The notes: a model not told the origin generated them from the sequence alone. Shown: positions 1 to 9,764, counted from the first letter of the stretch. The stretch is 64,000 nucleotides of DNA from an uncultured Gemmatimonadales bacterium (GCA_963717315.1 CAVQWA010000009.1:720-64719); one strand, 5' to 3'. Translations and numbers: made by a program.

Positions 1-132
1 GGCGAGCCCCTGAAAAATCGGGTCGGTCATGATGAAGGCGGCGCTGATAATGGCTGCACCTGCCGTCAGCACGATCGGTTTGAAGCCTGAAGCGCCCGCC
101 TCAAGCAACGCCTCCCGCAACGGCCCGCCTTC
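1..132 (-). pseudogene. 5'-truncated fragment of an RND (AcrB/CzcA-type) efflux permease; C-terminal region, runs off the left edge
   Basis: Minus-strand frame ending at nt 1 reads ...EGGPLREALLEAGASGFKPIVLTAGAAIISAAFIMTDPIFQGLA. This aligns position by position with the AcrB segment [25 protein letters not shown] plus the following TM helix. The ~950 aa that should lie upstream (to the right) are absent; that space holds plus-strand genes. Confidence 0.45.
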
Positions 133-158
133 AGCGCGTCCTGCAGGCGCTGGCCGCG

Positions 159-1580
159 GTGCCGCTGCTCGTGGCATCCGACCTCGAGGGGGGCACCGCC
201 ATCCGCCTCATCGGGGGCACGCCGTTCCCGACGAATATGGGCGTGGGCGCCACCCGCCGGGAGCAGGACGCGTGGGAGATGGGCCGGATCACGGCGCTCG
301 AGGGCCGCGCCGTCGGTGTGCACCTCACCTTCTCGCCGGTGGCCGACGTCAACAACAACCCGGCGAACCCGATCATCAACACCCGCTCCTTCGGCGAGGA
401 CCCGGCGGCGGTGGGCCGGCTGGTCGCGGCGGCGGTCCGCGGCACGCAGGAGCACGGGATGCTCGCCACCGCGAAGCACTTTCCCGGCCACGGGGACACC
501 GGCACCGACAGCCACATCGCGCTGCCGGTCATCGCCGCCGACTGGGCCCGCCTCGATTCGGTGGAGCTGATGCCGTTCCGCGCCGCGATCGCGGCCGGCG
601 TGACGGCGATCATGTCGGCCCACGTGGCGATGCCCGCCATCACCGGCGGCGACGCCCGCGCCGCCACGCTGAGCCCCGCCATCCTCGGGGGCATCCTGCG
701 CGACTCGCTCGGTTTCAAGGGCCTCGCGGTGACCGACGCCCTCGACATGGGCGCGCTGGTCTCCGCCTACGGCCCGGGGGAGGCGGCGGTGCTGGCGCTC
801 GAGGCGGGCGCCGACCTGCTGCTCCAGCCGTCCGATCCGGTGGCCGCGGTGGAGGCCGTGGTGCGGGCGGTGGAGTCGGGACGGGTGAGCGAGGAGCGCC
901 TGGACCGCTCGGTCCGCAAGCTCCTCGAGATCAAGGAGCGCCTGGGGCTCTTCGGCCGCCGGCTCGTGCCGCTCGACAGCATCCCGGCCGCGGTCGGGCT
1001 GCGCGCGAACCTGGCCGTGGCCGCCGACGTGGCCCAGCGTGCGATCGTGCTGGTGCGCGACAGCCTGGGCGCGGTGGACAGCCTTCGGGCCCGGGCGCAG
1101 CCGGTCTCGCTCGTGCTCTACGGCGACGACGCCAGTCCCGCGGCCGGGCGGACCTTCGCGGCCGAGCTCCGGCGGCTGGGTCGCGAGCCGATCGTGGTGC
1201 GCCTCACCCCGACCAGCGGCCCGGCCAGCTACGACTCGGCGCGCGGGCTCCTCGCCGCCGAGCGCCCGGTGGTGGTGGCCGCCGCCGTCCGGGTGAGCGC
1301 CTGGCGCGGCACCCTCGGCCTGCCCGATTCGCTCGCCGCATTCATCGAGGCAGCCAGCCGCGCCCGACCGACAACGCTGGTGTCGCTCGGCTCGCCTTAC
1401 CTCATCCTCCAGGCGCCGGGGGTCCAGGGATACCTGCTGGCCTGGGGTGCCGGGCCGCTCACCGAGACGGCGGCCGCCGCCGCGCTCGCCGGCCGCTCGC
1501 CGATCACCGGCACGCTCCCGATCCGGCTTCCCCCGCTCTACCCGCTCGGCCACGGCCTGCGCCGGGGGGCGGCGGATTGA
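159..1580 (+). CDS. Glycoside hydrolase family 3 beta-N-acetylhexosaminidase (NagZ-like), apparently N-terminally truncated
   Basis: GH3 motifs PLLVASDLEGG and KHFPGHGDTGTDSHIALPV. The frame is closed by TGA at 81-83, leaving at most ~25 codons before the DxEGG block where GH3 enzymes normally have 60 or more. GTG 159 is the first listed start. Confidence 0.8.
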   Translation: MPLLVASDLEGGTAIRLIGGTPFPTNMGVGATRREQDAWEMGRITALEGRAVGVHLTFSPVADVNNNPANPIINTRSFGEDPAAVGRLVAAAVRGTQEHGMLATAKHFPGHGDTGTDSHIALPVIAADWARLDSVELMPFRAAIAAGVTAIMSAHVAMPAITGGDARAATLSPAILGGILRDSLGFKGLAVTDALDMGALVSAYGPGEAAVLALEAGADLLLQPSDPVAAVEAVVRAVESGRVSEERLDRSVRKLLEIKERLGLFGRRLVPLDSIPAAVGLRANLAVAADVAQRAIVLVRDSLGAVDSLRARAQPVSLVLYGDDASPAAGRTFAAELRRLGREPIVVRLTPTSGPASYDSARGLLAAERPVVVAAAVRVSAWRGTLGLPDSLAAFIEAASRARPTTLVSLGSPYLILQAPGVQGYLLAWGAGPLTETAAAAALAGRSPITGTLPIRLPPLYPLGHGLRRGAAD

Positions 1581-2746
1581 GGGCGCACCTCGCGGCTGGC
1601 GCCCTCACCGCCCTCCTCGCCGGATGCGCCTCCGCGACGGCCGGCCCCGTGGCACCCGACGCCGGCTGGCGCGGACTCGCGGCGCTGCTGGACAGCGCGG
1701 TGGCCGCCGGCGCGGCGCCGGGCGCCGTCCTGGCCATCTCGATCGGGGGCCGGCGCTGGACTCACGCCACCGGCCGGCTCGGGCTCGACGACGCGTCGCC
1801 CCCGGACGAGCGGACAGTCTACGACCTCGCCTCCCTCACCAAGGTCGTGGCGCTCACGCCGCTCGTCCTGGACGCGGTCACCTCGGGGCGGCTCGACCTC
1901 GACGAGCCGGTGGCCCGCCGGGTGCCCGAGTTCGCCGGGCCCGGCAAGGACGCCGTGACGCTCCGTCACCTCCTGACCCACTCGAGCGGCTTGCCCGCGT
2001 GGCGCCCGCTCTACCGGGAGGCGCCCGACCGGGACTCCGCCCTCGCCCTCGTCTTCGCGACCCCGCTCGACACCGCCCCGGGCGCGCGCGAGCGGTACTC
2101 CGACCTCGGGCTCATCCTGGCCGGGGTCGTGATCGAGCGGCTCGAGGGCGCACCGCTCGACGTCCTCGCCGCGCGGCGCCTGGCGGCGCTCGGGCTGCAC
2201 GAGACGCGCTTCCGTCCGCCGGCGGCCTGGACCCGCCGCATCCCCCCCACCGAGCTCGACCCCTGGCGAGGCCACGTGCTCCGCGGCGAGGTGCACGACG
2301 AGAACGCCGCCCGGCTCGACGGGGTCGCCGGTCACGCCGGCCTCTTCGGCAGCGCCCGCGACCTGCTGCGCTACGGCGAATGGTGGCTGGCGCGGGTCGG
2401 CCACGGCGGGCCCGGGGGAGTCGCGGCATGGAGGCCGGCGGGGACGCGGCTCGATTCGGTGGCGCGGGCCTTCACCGCCCGGCAGGACCTGGTACCCGGG
2501 AGCTCCCGGGCGCTCGGCTGGGACACGCCGTCGGAAGGGAGCAGCGCCGGCCCACTCCTCGCCAACTGGAGCTTCGGGCATACCGGGTTCACCGGCACCT
2601 CGGTCTGGGTGGATCCCTCGCGGGCGCTGGTGGTGGTGCTGCTGACCAACCGGGTGCATCCGACGCGCGACAACCCGCGGGTCGGGCCGCTCCGCCGGGC
2701 GGTGGCCGCCCGGGCGGCGGAACTCGCCGACCGGGCCACGCGTTGA
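1577..2746 (+). CDS. Beta-lactamase-family serine hydrolase (class C / PBP4*-like), probable lipoprotein
   Basis: TTG 1577 overlaps the upstream TGA (TTGA). Signal peptide LRAHLAAGALTALLAGC. Motifs S-x-x-K (ASLTK), Y-S-D and H-T-G (FGHTGFTGT). The N-terminal part of ORF 29..2746 is Arg/Pro/Gly junk. Confidence 0.8.
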   Translation: MRAHLAAGALTALLAGCASATAGPVAPDAGWRGLAALLDSAVAAGAAPGAVLAISIGGRRWTHATGRLGLDDASPPDERTVYDLASLTKVVALTPLVLDAVTSGRLDLDEPVARRVPEFAGPGKDAVTLRHLLTHSSGLPAWRPLYREAPDRDSALALVFATPLDTAPGARERYSDLGLILAGVVIERLEGAPLDVLAARRLAALGLHETRFRPPAAWTRRIPPTELDPWRGHVLRGEVHDENAARLDGVAGHAGLFGSARDLLRYGEWWLARVGHGGPGGVAAWRPAGTRLDSVARAFTARQDLVPGSSRALGWDTPSEGSSAGPLLANWSFGHTGFTGTSVWVDPSRALVVVLLTNRVHPTRDNPRVGPLRRAVAARAAELADRATR

Positions 2747-2817
2747 CCCCCGGCAGCAGCGTTCCTACGTTTCAGGTGACGGGGTGGCTTACCACCCCTG
2801 CCACGGAAGGAGTGCAC

Positions 2818-3189
2818 ATGGGCAGCAGCACCGAACCCCAGGCCGCGGCCGGCGGGCTCCAGATCGTCATCACCGACAAGGCGGCCGAGGAAGTCCAGCG
2901 GTTCATGGGCGACGAACAGGTGGCGCCGGAGGTTGGCGGCCTGCGCGTGAGCGTCCTGCCCGGGGGCTGCTCGGGATTCAAGTACAGCCTGAACATCGAG
3001 GACCAGACGCTGGACGACGACCTCGTCGTCGAGGTCAACGGCATCCGGGTCATCGTGGACGGCTTCAGCGCCCCGTACCTGCACGGGGTGACCATCGACT
3101 ACGTCTCCTCCATGCAGGGCTCCGGCTTCAGCTTCACCAACCCGAACGCCACCGGCGGATGCGGCTGCGGCAGCAGCTTCACGGCCTGA
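2818..3189 (+). CDS. HesB/IscA/ErpA-family Fe-S cluster insertion protein
   Basis: ATG 2818 preceded by GGAAGGAG. Family motifs GGCSGFKY and the C-terminal CGCGSSF. Confidence 0.9.
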   Translation: MGSSTEPQAAAGGLQIVITDKAAEEVQRFMGDEQVAPEVGGLRVSVLPGGCSGFKYSLNIEDQTLDDDLVVEVNGIRVIVDGFSAPYLHGVTIDYVSSMQGSGFSFTNPNATGGCGCGSSFTA

Positions 3190-3215
3190 GCGTCAGGGAA
3201 CGGGGAACGGGGAGC

Positions 3216-3248
3216 GGGGAGCGGGGACACTCGCTCCCCGCTTTCTTG
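3216..3248 (+). terminator. Rho-independent terminator-like hairpin after the IscA-type gene
   Basis: Perfect 9-bp stem CGGGGAGCG (3216-3224) / CGCTCCCCG (3232-3240), 7-nt loop, followed by CTTTCTTG. Confidence 0.6.
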
Positions 3249-3300
3249 CCTGGAGCACGCCTGCGTCCGCCGTCCGTCCCGCCGCTCCCGTTCCCCGCGC

Positions 3301-4785
3301 GTGAGCGCGCTCGACCTCACGGTCATCGCCACCTACGCCGCGGTGGTGGTGGCCATCGGGATCTGGGCCAGCCGGCGACAGCGCTCCGCCGGTGACTACT
3401 TCCTCGGCGCGCGTGACCTGCCGGCGTTCGCGGTGCTGCTCTCCATCGTGGCGACGGAGACCAGCGCCCTCACGGTCATCTCGGTCCCCGGCATCGGCGC
3501 GCGGGGCGACCTGACCTTCCTGCAGCTCACCTTCGGCTACCTGCTGGGTCGGATCGCCGTCGCGCGCTGGCTCCTGCCGGGGTACTTCGCCGGCGAGCAG
3601 GAGACCGCCTACGCCCGGCTGGAGACGCGCTTCGGCCGGCCGACCCGCCGACTGGTCTCCGCGCTCTTCCTGGTCACCCGCTTCCTGGGCGACGGGGTCC
3701 GGGTCTTCGCCGGGGCGATTCCGCTCGCCCTCGTGACCGGCTGGGACATCCGCGCCGCGATCGTCGTGATGGGGCTCGTGACCCTGCTGTACACCTGGTT
3801 CGGAGGGCTCCGCGCGGTGGTCTGGACCGACGTGCTCCAGCTGGTGGTCTACGTGGCCGGCGGCGTCGCGGCCCTCGTGATCGCGAGCGAGATGGCGGGC
3901 GGCCTGCCCGCGGTGCTCGCGCGGGCCGGGGAGGCGGGGAAGCTCCGGGTCATCGACCCCACGCCTTCGCTCACGCTGCCGTACACCCTCCTGGCCGGCG
4001 TCGTGGGTGGCGCGCTCCTCTCGGCCGCGTCCCACGGCACCGACCACCTCATCGTGCAGCGGCTCCTCGCCACCCACTCGCTCCGGGACGCGCGGACCGC
4101 GCTCGTCGGCTCGGGGGTGGCGGTGATCCTCCAGTTCGCCCTCTTCCTCCTGGTGGGCACCGCGCTCTGGGCCGCCGGACAGGCCCCCGAGGGCGTGCCG
4201 GGGGACGAGGTCTTCCCGCGCTTCATCGTCGCGCACCTGCCCGCCGGCCTCGCCGGACTGGTGGTGGCGGGCATCCTCGCGGCCGCGATGAGCACGCTCA
4301 GCTCGTCGATCAACGCGCTGGGCAGCTCGGTGACCCACGACTGGTACGCGACCACGCCCGAACGCCGGGACCCGGCCCGGCTTCTGCGGGTCGGGCGGCT
4401 CATCTCGGCGGCGTGGGGGGGGCTGCTCATCCTCGCGGCGCTCGGGTTCCACGCCTGGGGCGCGCGGGACACGCCGGTGGTGGTGCTGGCGCTCTCCATC
4501 GCCTCGGTGACCTACGGGGCGCTGCTCGGCGCCTACGTGCTCGCGGCCCGCTTCCCCAGGGTGGAGGGGCCGGACGTCACGGCCGCGACGGCGATCACGC
4601 TCGCCGTGATGCTCGTGGTGGTGCTCGCCGGACGGCTGGCCGAGTGGCCCGGCCTGGGCTGGCTCGCGGCGGCGGGCCGGCTCGCCTGGCCGTGGTACGT
4701 GCCGCTGGGCACCTTCCTCACGGTCGCAGTCGGCGCCGGTCTCGGCGCCCGCCGCCGCCCACACCGGGCAGGAGGAGACCGATGA
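3301..4785 (+). CDS. Sodium:solute symporter (SSS) family transporter
   Basis: About 13 hydrophobic segments. N-terminal SSS signature ...GDYFLGARDLPAFAVLLSIVATETSALTVISVPG. Confidence 0.85.
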   Translation: MSALDLTVIATYAAVVVAIGIWASRRQRSAGDYFLGARDLPAFAVLLSIVATETSALTVISVPGIGARGDLTFLQLTFGYLLGRIAVARWLLPGYFAGEQETAYARLETRFGRPTRRLVSALFLVTRFLGDGVRVFAGAIPLALVTGWDIRAAIVVMGLVTLLYTWFGGLRAVVWTDVLQLVVYVAGGVAALVIASEMAGGLPAVLARAGEAGKLRVIDPTPSLTLPYTLLAGVVGGALLSAASHGTDHLIVQRLLATHSLRDARTALVGSGVAVILQFALFLLVGTALWAAGQAPEGVPGDEVFPRFIVAHLPAGLAGLVVAGILAAAMSTLSSSINALGSSVTHDWYATTPERRDPARLLRVGRLISAAWGGLLILAALGFHAWGARDTPVVVLALSIASVTYGALLGAYVLAARFPRVEGPDVTAATAITLAVMLVVVLAGRLAEWPGLGWLAAAGRLAWPWYVPLGTFLTVAVGAGLGARRRPHRAGGDR

Positions 4786-5675
4786 GCGTCTGGGCGGGCG
4801 CGGACGCGGGCGGGACCGGCACGCGCGCCGCCATCGGCGACGGGAGCACGGTGCGGTCGGTGGCGCAGGGCCCCGGCGGCGCGGTGCGGCCGGGCCGCGT
4901 GCTCCCGGCCGCCGGCTCGATCGCGGGCGTGGTGCGGCAGGCGCTGATGGCGGCGGGGGAAGCGGAGGCGGACGCGCTGGTGGTGGGGGCGGCGGGCGCA
5001 GGGCGCGAACCGGAACGCGGCGAGCTCGAGCACGCCCTGCGCAACGAGCGGATCGCCCGGCGGGTGCGCGTCACCACCGACGTGGCGCTCGCGCTCGAGG
5101 CGGCGTTCGGGGAGGGCCCCGGCATCGTGGTGAGCGCGGGCACCGGGAGCATCGCGGTGGCGCGGCTCCCCACCGGCGAGACCCGGCGCACCGGCGGCTA
5201 CGGCTGGCAGATGGGGGACGAGGGGAGCGGCTACGCCATCGGGCGCGCCGCGCTGGCCGCGGTGAGCCGGGCGCTCGACGGCCGCGGGGCGCCCACGCCG
5301 CTCCTCGACCTCGTGCTGCAGCGGGCGCGGTGCCGTGACGCGGAGGGGCTGGTGCGATGGGCGGGGTCGGCGGGCCCGGCGGAGGTGGCCGGGCTGGCGC
5401 CGGTGGTGTTCCGCGCCGCCGACCACGGCGACCCCACCGCGCAGGGAATCGCCGACTTCGCGGCGCGGGAGCTGGCCCAGATGGTCGTCGCGCTGCGGCA
5501 GCACTTCCCCGGGGAGCCGCCGGTGCCCCTCGCGCTCGCCGGCGGGCTGCTGGCGAGCGGCGGCGCGCTCCGCGAGCGGCTCGCGAACCGGCTGGAGGGC
5601 ACCGGCGTGCAGGTGGCGCCGGAGGCACCAGACCCGCTGCTCGGCGCGCTGGCCCTGGCCGCGCGGCTCGGCTAG
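4782..5675 (+). CDS. BadF/BadG/BcrA/BcrD-type ATPase, N-acetylglucosamine-kinase-like
   Basis: ATG 4782 overlaps the symporter stop (ATGA). ASKHA phosphate motifs GADAGGTGTR and GTGSIA, then GGYGWQMGDEGSGYAIG. Confidence 0.8.
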   Translation: MSVWAGADAGGTGTRAAIGDGSTVRSVAQGPGGAVRPGRVLPAAGSIAGVVRQALMAAGEAEADALVVGAAGAGREPERGELEHALRNERIARRVRVTTDVALALEAAFGEGPGIVVSAGTGSIAVARLPTGETRRTGGYGWQMGDEGSGYAIGRAALAAVSRALDGRGAPTPLLDLVLQRARCRDAEGLVRWAGSAGPAEVAGLAPVVFRAADHGDPTAQGIADFAARELAQMVVALRQHFPGEPPVPLALAGGLLASGGALRERLANRLEGTGVQVAPEAPDPLLGALALAARLG

Positions 5676-7183
5676 GCGCCGGCCGCCGGGCCGCCATCGA
5701 CCCCGGCCTTCATCCGGCTGTGCCGGAAGCCGTAGAAGAAGTAGATCGCCATCCCGACCACCAGCCAGATCGCGAACCGCTCCCAGGCGTGGATCGGCAG
5801 GCCGAACATCGTGTAGAGGCACGCCCCCGCCCCGGCCAGCGACACCCCCCAGATGAACGGCACGCGGAACGGCCGTGGGCGGCCGGGTTCGCGCACCCGC
5901 AACACCAGCACGCCGATGCAGACGATGGCGAACGCGGCCAGGGTGCCGATGTTCGTCAGGTCGTAGATCTCGTTTTCGTCCATCACCAGCGCGCCCACCG
6001 CCACGACGGCGCCGGTCACCACGGTGCTCACGTGCGGGGTGCGGAACCGGGGGTGGATCCTCGACGCCCACCGGGGCAGCAGGCCATCCCGCGCCATCGC
6101 CAGGAAGATCCGCGGCTGGCCGTACTGGAACACCAGCAGCACCGCGGTGAGCGACACCACCGCCCCCGCCGCCACGATCCAGCTCGCGGTGGGGAGCCCG
6201 GCCACCTGGAGCGCCTGGGCGAGCGGGTCGGCGGCGCGGAGCTTCTCGTAGGGCACGAGCCCGGTGGCCGCGATGCCCACGATGACGTAGATCACCGTGC
6301 AGATCGCCAGGCCGCCGAGGATCCCTCGCGGCATGTTCCGCTGGGGGTTTCGCGTCTCCTCCGCCGCGGTGGAGATCGCGTCGAAGCCGATGTAGGCGAA
6401 GAAGACGATCGCCGCCCCCTGGTGGATGCCGCGCCAGCCGTTGGGGGCGAAGGGGACGAAGTTGTCGGGATCGAAGTGCTGCAGGGCGACGAAGACGAAC
6501 AGGCCGAGGACCAGCAGCTTCACCACCACCATGATGTTGTTGGCCCGCACGCTCTCCCGCACCCCGAGGTACAGCAGGGCCGTGATCAGGCCGACGATCA
6601 CGAAGGCCGGAATGTTGAGCAGGATCGGGATGCCGAGGAACCGCGGCGCCGTCTGCAGCAGCGCGTGGATGGTGGGGTCGCTGCTCAGGAGCGCGGTGCG
6701 GTACCCGTGGGTGAGGAAGTCGGGGAGGTGCACGCCGAAGCCGGACAGGAGCGAGTCGAAGTAGCCGCTCCAGGCGATGGCCACCGCGATGTTCCCCACC
6801 GCGTACTCGAGGATCAGGTCCCAGCCGATGACCCAGGCGATGAACTCGCCCAGCGTGGCGAAGGCGTAGGAGTAGGCGCTTCCCGCCTGCGGGATCATCG
6901 ACGCGAGCTCGGCGTAGCAGAGCGCGGCGAGGCCGCAGACGACGCCGAGGAGCAGGAACGAGACGACCAGGGCGGGCCCCGCGCCGTAGCGGACCACCTC
7001 GCCGCTGGGCAGCACCTCGCCCGCCGCCGCGGTGCCGATGGAGGAGAAGATGCCGGCGCCGATGACCGCGCCGATCGAGAGGAGGATGAGGTCGCCGGCG
7101 CCGAGCGCGCGGCGCAGCGTGTCGGGCGCGTCGGTGTCGGGCTGGAGGTCCTGGATGGGCTTCCGCCGGAAGAGCTGTCGCAT
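5672..7183 (-). CDS. APC-superfamily amino acid permease
   Basis: LGAGDLILLSIGAVIGAGIFSSIG signature and ~12 TM segments. Its stop overlaps the convergent kinase stop within CTAG. Confidence 0.85.
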   Translation of the reverse strand: MRQLFRRKPIQDLQPDTDAPDTLRRALGAGDLILLSIGAVIGAGIFSSIGTAAAGEVLPSGEVVRYGAGPALVVSFLLLGVVCGLAALCYAELASMIPQAGSAYSYAFATLGEFIAWVIGWDLILEYAVGNIAVAIAWSGYFDSLLSGFGVHLPDFLTHGYRTALLSSDPTIHALLQTAPRFLGIPILLNIPAFVIVGLITALLYLGVRESVRANNIMVVVKLLVLGLFVFVALQHFDPDNFVPFAPNGWRGIHQGAAIVFFAYIGFDAISTAAEETRNPQRNMPRGILGGLAICTVIYVIVGIAATGLVPYEKLRAADPLAQALQVAGLPTASWIVAAGAVVSLTAVLLVFQYGQPRIFLAMARDGLLPRWASRIHPRFRTPHVSTVVTGAVVAVGALVMDENEIYDLTNIGTLAAFAIVCIGVLVLRVREPGRPRPFRVPFIWGVSLAGAGACLYTMFGLPIHAWERFAIWLVVGMAIYFFYGFRHSRMKAGVDGGPAAGA

Positions 7184-7291
7184 CGGTCCTCGAACGGGAT
7201 GGTGCGGCAGGGCCCGAGCGGGCCCGGGGGCAGAACCCGCGCAAGATAACGTCTTCCGGAAGGAGGGCCAGCGGGCGGGCGCCCGCCCGGC

Positions 7292-8140
7292 TCAGCGGGT
7301 CGGCAGGTCGAAGATGATGGTGACGCGGCCGGCGGTGGGGACGCCCGCCTCGTCGAGGGCGGGCCGGAACCGGTAGCTCTCCAGGCGCTCCTCCACCTTG
7401 CGGGCGTACCCGCGGTCCTCGAGCGGCGGCACCACCTCGATCTCGCGCACCGCGCCGTCGGGGCCGACGAAGAAGGTGACCCGCACGGTGCGGCCCTTGA
7501 GCGCGTCGGGCGCCCCCTCGGGGAGGATGGCGAGATGCCGGAGCTGCGGCGGCCGCGCGCGCCCACCCTCGCCACCGCCGGTGCCACCGCCCGCGCCGGG
7601 CCCCGTGCCGGTTCCCCTGCCCGTCCCCACGCCGCCGCCCGTGCCGCCGCCCGTGCCGCCGCCGGAGCCGGGGCCGACGCCGGCCCCCGCGGTGGGCTGG
7701 CTGTCACGCGGTGCGACGACCACGGCGATGGCCTCCGGCTCCGCCGCGACGACCGGCTCCGGCACCACCTCGGTCTGGTCCACCGGCTCCGGCGGCGGCG
7801 GTGCGGGCGCCAGGTACGGCGGCAGCTCGACCTCCCGCACCCCCCGCCCGCCCCCGCCCCCGCCACCGCCAAGCCCGTCCCCGACCGGGCCGAACGCGCG
7901 CTCGAACCGTTCGAGGTCGCGGGCCCACGGCAGGACCACGAAGGCGAGCACCAGCGCATGCGCCAGGACGGCCAGGAGGAAGCCGGCGGGACTGCCCCGG
8001 CGGCGGGGAAGCTTGAGCGAGGGGACGTCGGCAGGCGCGCGCACGCATTCAACCTGAAAGGGACGACGCCGGGGCCGCCCGCGAGGGAGCCCCGGCGCCT
8101 TCCGGGAGACGACACTCCGCGGCGGCCGCGCACCAGGCAC
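7292..8140 (-). CDS. tonB: TonB-family energy transducer
   Basis: N-terminal anchor FLLAVLAHALVLAFVVL, a Pro/Gly-rich spacer, and a C-terminal TonB fold (VRVTFFVGPDGAVREIEVV...GVPTAGRVTIIFDL). Exact start uncertain. Confidence 0.75.
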   Translation of the reverse strand: MPGARPPRSVVSRKAPGLPRGRPRRRPFQVECVRAPADVPSLKLPRRRGSPAGFLLAVLAHALVLAFVVLPWARDLERFERAFGPVGDGLGGGGGGGGRGVREVELPPYLAPAPPPPEPVDQTEVVPEPVVAAEPEAIAVVVAPRDSQPTAGAGVGPGSGGGTGGGTGGGVGTGRGTGTGPGAGGGTGGGEGGRARPPQLRHLAILPEGAPDALKGRTVRVTFFVGPDGAVREIEVVPPLEDRGYARKVEERLESYRFRPALDEAGVPTAGRVTIIFDLPTR

Positions 8141-8158
8141 GGCCGCCGCGGCCTGGCG

Positions 8159-8575
8159 TCAGGACCCGCCGGTGGGTGCCGGCGTGAATCCGATGATCAG
8201 GACTCCGGCCCCGCGGGCGATGTCCATCGCCTCGATCACGTCCTGGTACAGGCGGTCCGGCGAGGCCTTCACGAAGAGGAGCTTCGTGGGCCGGCCGTCG
8301 TAGATCGCGTGGAACTGCGCGTCCAGCTGGTCCTTGGGGACCGGCTGGGAGTTGATCGCGTAGCCCCCATCCGCCGTGAGCTCGAGCACGATCTGGGTGG
8401 AGACCGCGCTCGTCGCCGCCGCCCGTTCCTGCGGCGGGACCTGCACCGACATCGCCATCCGGCTGAGCGGCTGCGAGATCATGAAGATGATCAGCAGCAC
8501 CAGGAGGATGTCGATCATCGGGATCACGTTGGGCTCCGCGCTCATCGTCTCGGAGCCGCTGACGCTCATCCCCAT
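8159..8575 (-). CDS. exbD: ExbD/TolR biopolymer transport protein
   Basis: PNVIPMIDILLVLLIIFM anchor motif and an ExbD periplasmic domain. Confidence 0.9.
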   Translation of the reverse strand: MGMSVSGSETMSAEPNVIPMIDILLVLLIIFMISQPLSRMAMSVQVPPQERAAATSAVSTQIVLELTADGGYAINSQPVPKDQLDAQFHAIYDGRPTKLLFVKASPDRLYQDVIEAMDIARGAGVLIIGFTPAPTGGS

Positions 8576-9022
8576 TCAGTCCTCCCCGCTCAGCGGATTC
8601 ACGGTGGTCACCGGCTCGGTGATGGCCGCGAGCACGCGCACTCCCGCGCGCCGCGCGATCTCCACCGCCTCCTGCACCTTCACGTACTTGAGCTGGTTGT
8701 CGGCCTTGAAGTAGAGGATCTTGTCCGTGGTCCGGGCCGCGAACCGTGCGCGCAGCTGGTCTTCCAGCGCGTCGGCCGCGATCGGGCGCCCGTCCAGGAA
8801 GTAGCTCCCTGCCACGTCGATGCCGAGGATCACCTCGCCCTCCTGCTCGGGCGCCTTGTCCAGGTTGGCGCCGCGGGGCAGGGTGGCCTTGAAGCCAGAC
8901 GCGATCAGCGGCGTCACGATCATGAAGATGATCAGGAGCACCAGCATGATGTCGATCATCGGAATCACGTTCGGTTCCGACTTGACCGCCGTCTGGCCCG
9001 CGAGGTCAACTGATGTGGCCAC
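8576..9022 (-). CDS. exbD: ExbD/TolR biopolymer transport protein (second copy)
   Basis: PNVIPMIDIMLVLLIIFM motif. Directly abuts the downstream exbD. Confidence 0.9.
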   Translation of the reverse strand: MATSVDLAGQTAVKSEPNVIPMIDIMLVLLIIFMIVTPLIASGFKATLPRGANLDKAPEQEGEVILGIDVAGSYFLDGRPIAADALEDQLRARFAARTTDKILYFKADNQLKYVKVQEAVEIARRAGVRVLAAITEPVTTVNPLSGED

Positions 9023-9752
9023 TGCCGCTCACCGCCTTCTGCGCCTGGAACTCCTTCGTGAAGATCGAGCGCCCGAACTCGCTCCCCACGTTCTTGATGA
9101 GGTAGTCGATCAGTTCCTTCGACGTGTACGTCATCTCGACCGTGAGGTACTCGATCTTGGTCGTGAAGTAGTTGTAGAACCACACCGCCGGGATGGCCAC
9201 CAGGAGGCCGAACGCCGTGGTGATCAGCGCCTCGGCGATGCCGGCCGAGATCGCCGCCAGGCCGCCCGACGCCCCCGCCTGCGACATGCCCTGGAACGAC
9301 GTCACGATGCCCATCGTCGTGCCGAGGAGGCCGACGAACGGCGCCGTCGAGGCGACCGTCGCCAGCACCGGCAGGCCGCGCTTGAACTCCGACAGCTTGA
9401 TCAGCATCTGCCGCTCGACCGCGCGCTCCGCGCTGTTGATGTCGGCGGAGGTGATCGTCGCCCGGTCACGGATGAGCGGCTTCACCTCGGAGAGGGCCCC
9501 GCCCAGCACCGCCGCCACGTGGCTCGACTTGTTCTTCTCCGCCAGCGTGATGGCCTGCTCCAGCTGCTCCTCCTGGATCGCGCGGGAGAACTGCGGCGCG
9601 AACTTCCGGGTCGCCGAATTGCTCTTCGAGATCTGGATGAACTTCGTCAGCGCCACCGTCAGCGAGAAGAGCGACATCAGCGCGAGGACGACGACGACGC
9701 CCCTCGCGAACGGACCCGCCTGGGCCCAGAGATGGCCGATATCTACACCCAT
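9006..9752 (-). CDS. exbB: MotA/TolQ/ExbB proton channel protein
   Basis: Three TM segments and the conserved LATVASTAPFVGLLGTTMGI / GIAEALITTAFGLLVAIPA blocks. Confidence 0.9.
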   Translation of the reverse strand: MGVDIGHLWAQAGPFARGVVVVLALMSLFSLTVALTKFIQISKSNSATRKFAPQFSRAIQEEQLEQAITLAEKNKSSHVAAVLGGALSEVKPLIRDRATITSADINSAERAVERQMLIKLSEFKRGLPVLATVASTAPFVGLLGTTMGIVTSFQGMSQAGASGGLAAISAGIAEALITTAFGLLVAIPAVWFYNYFTTKIEYLTVEMTYTSKELIDYLIKNVGSEFGRSIFTKEFQAQKAVSGSGHIS

Positions 9753-9764
9753 TGCGCGGACTCC

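Noticed and set aside
29-1576. N-terminal 515 aa of the 905-aa ORF 29..2746
   Set aside because: Arg/Gly/Pro-rich junk that overlaps the well-supported GH3 gene in another frame. Only the part from TTG 1577 looks real, with its lipoprotein signal and the SxxK, YxD and HTG motifs.
5672-5675. Convergent genes sharing the palindromic CTAG as overlapping stop codons
   Set aside because: Real in the sequence, but a trivial consequence of compact gene packing. Not reported as a finding.
4533-7249. 903-aa minus-strand and 630-aa plus-strand ORFs spanning the kinase and permease genes
   Set aside because: Low-complexity Arg/Pro/Gly/His translations. The same DNA encodes a BadF-type ATPase (plus strand) and an APC permease (minus strand) with clear family signatures.
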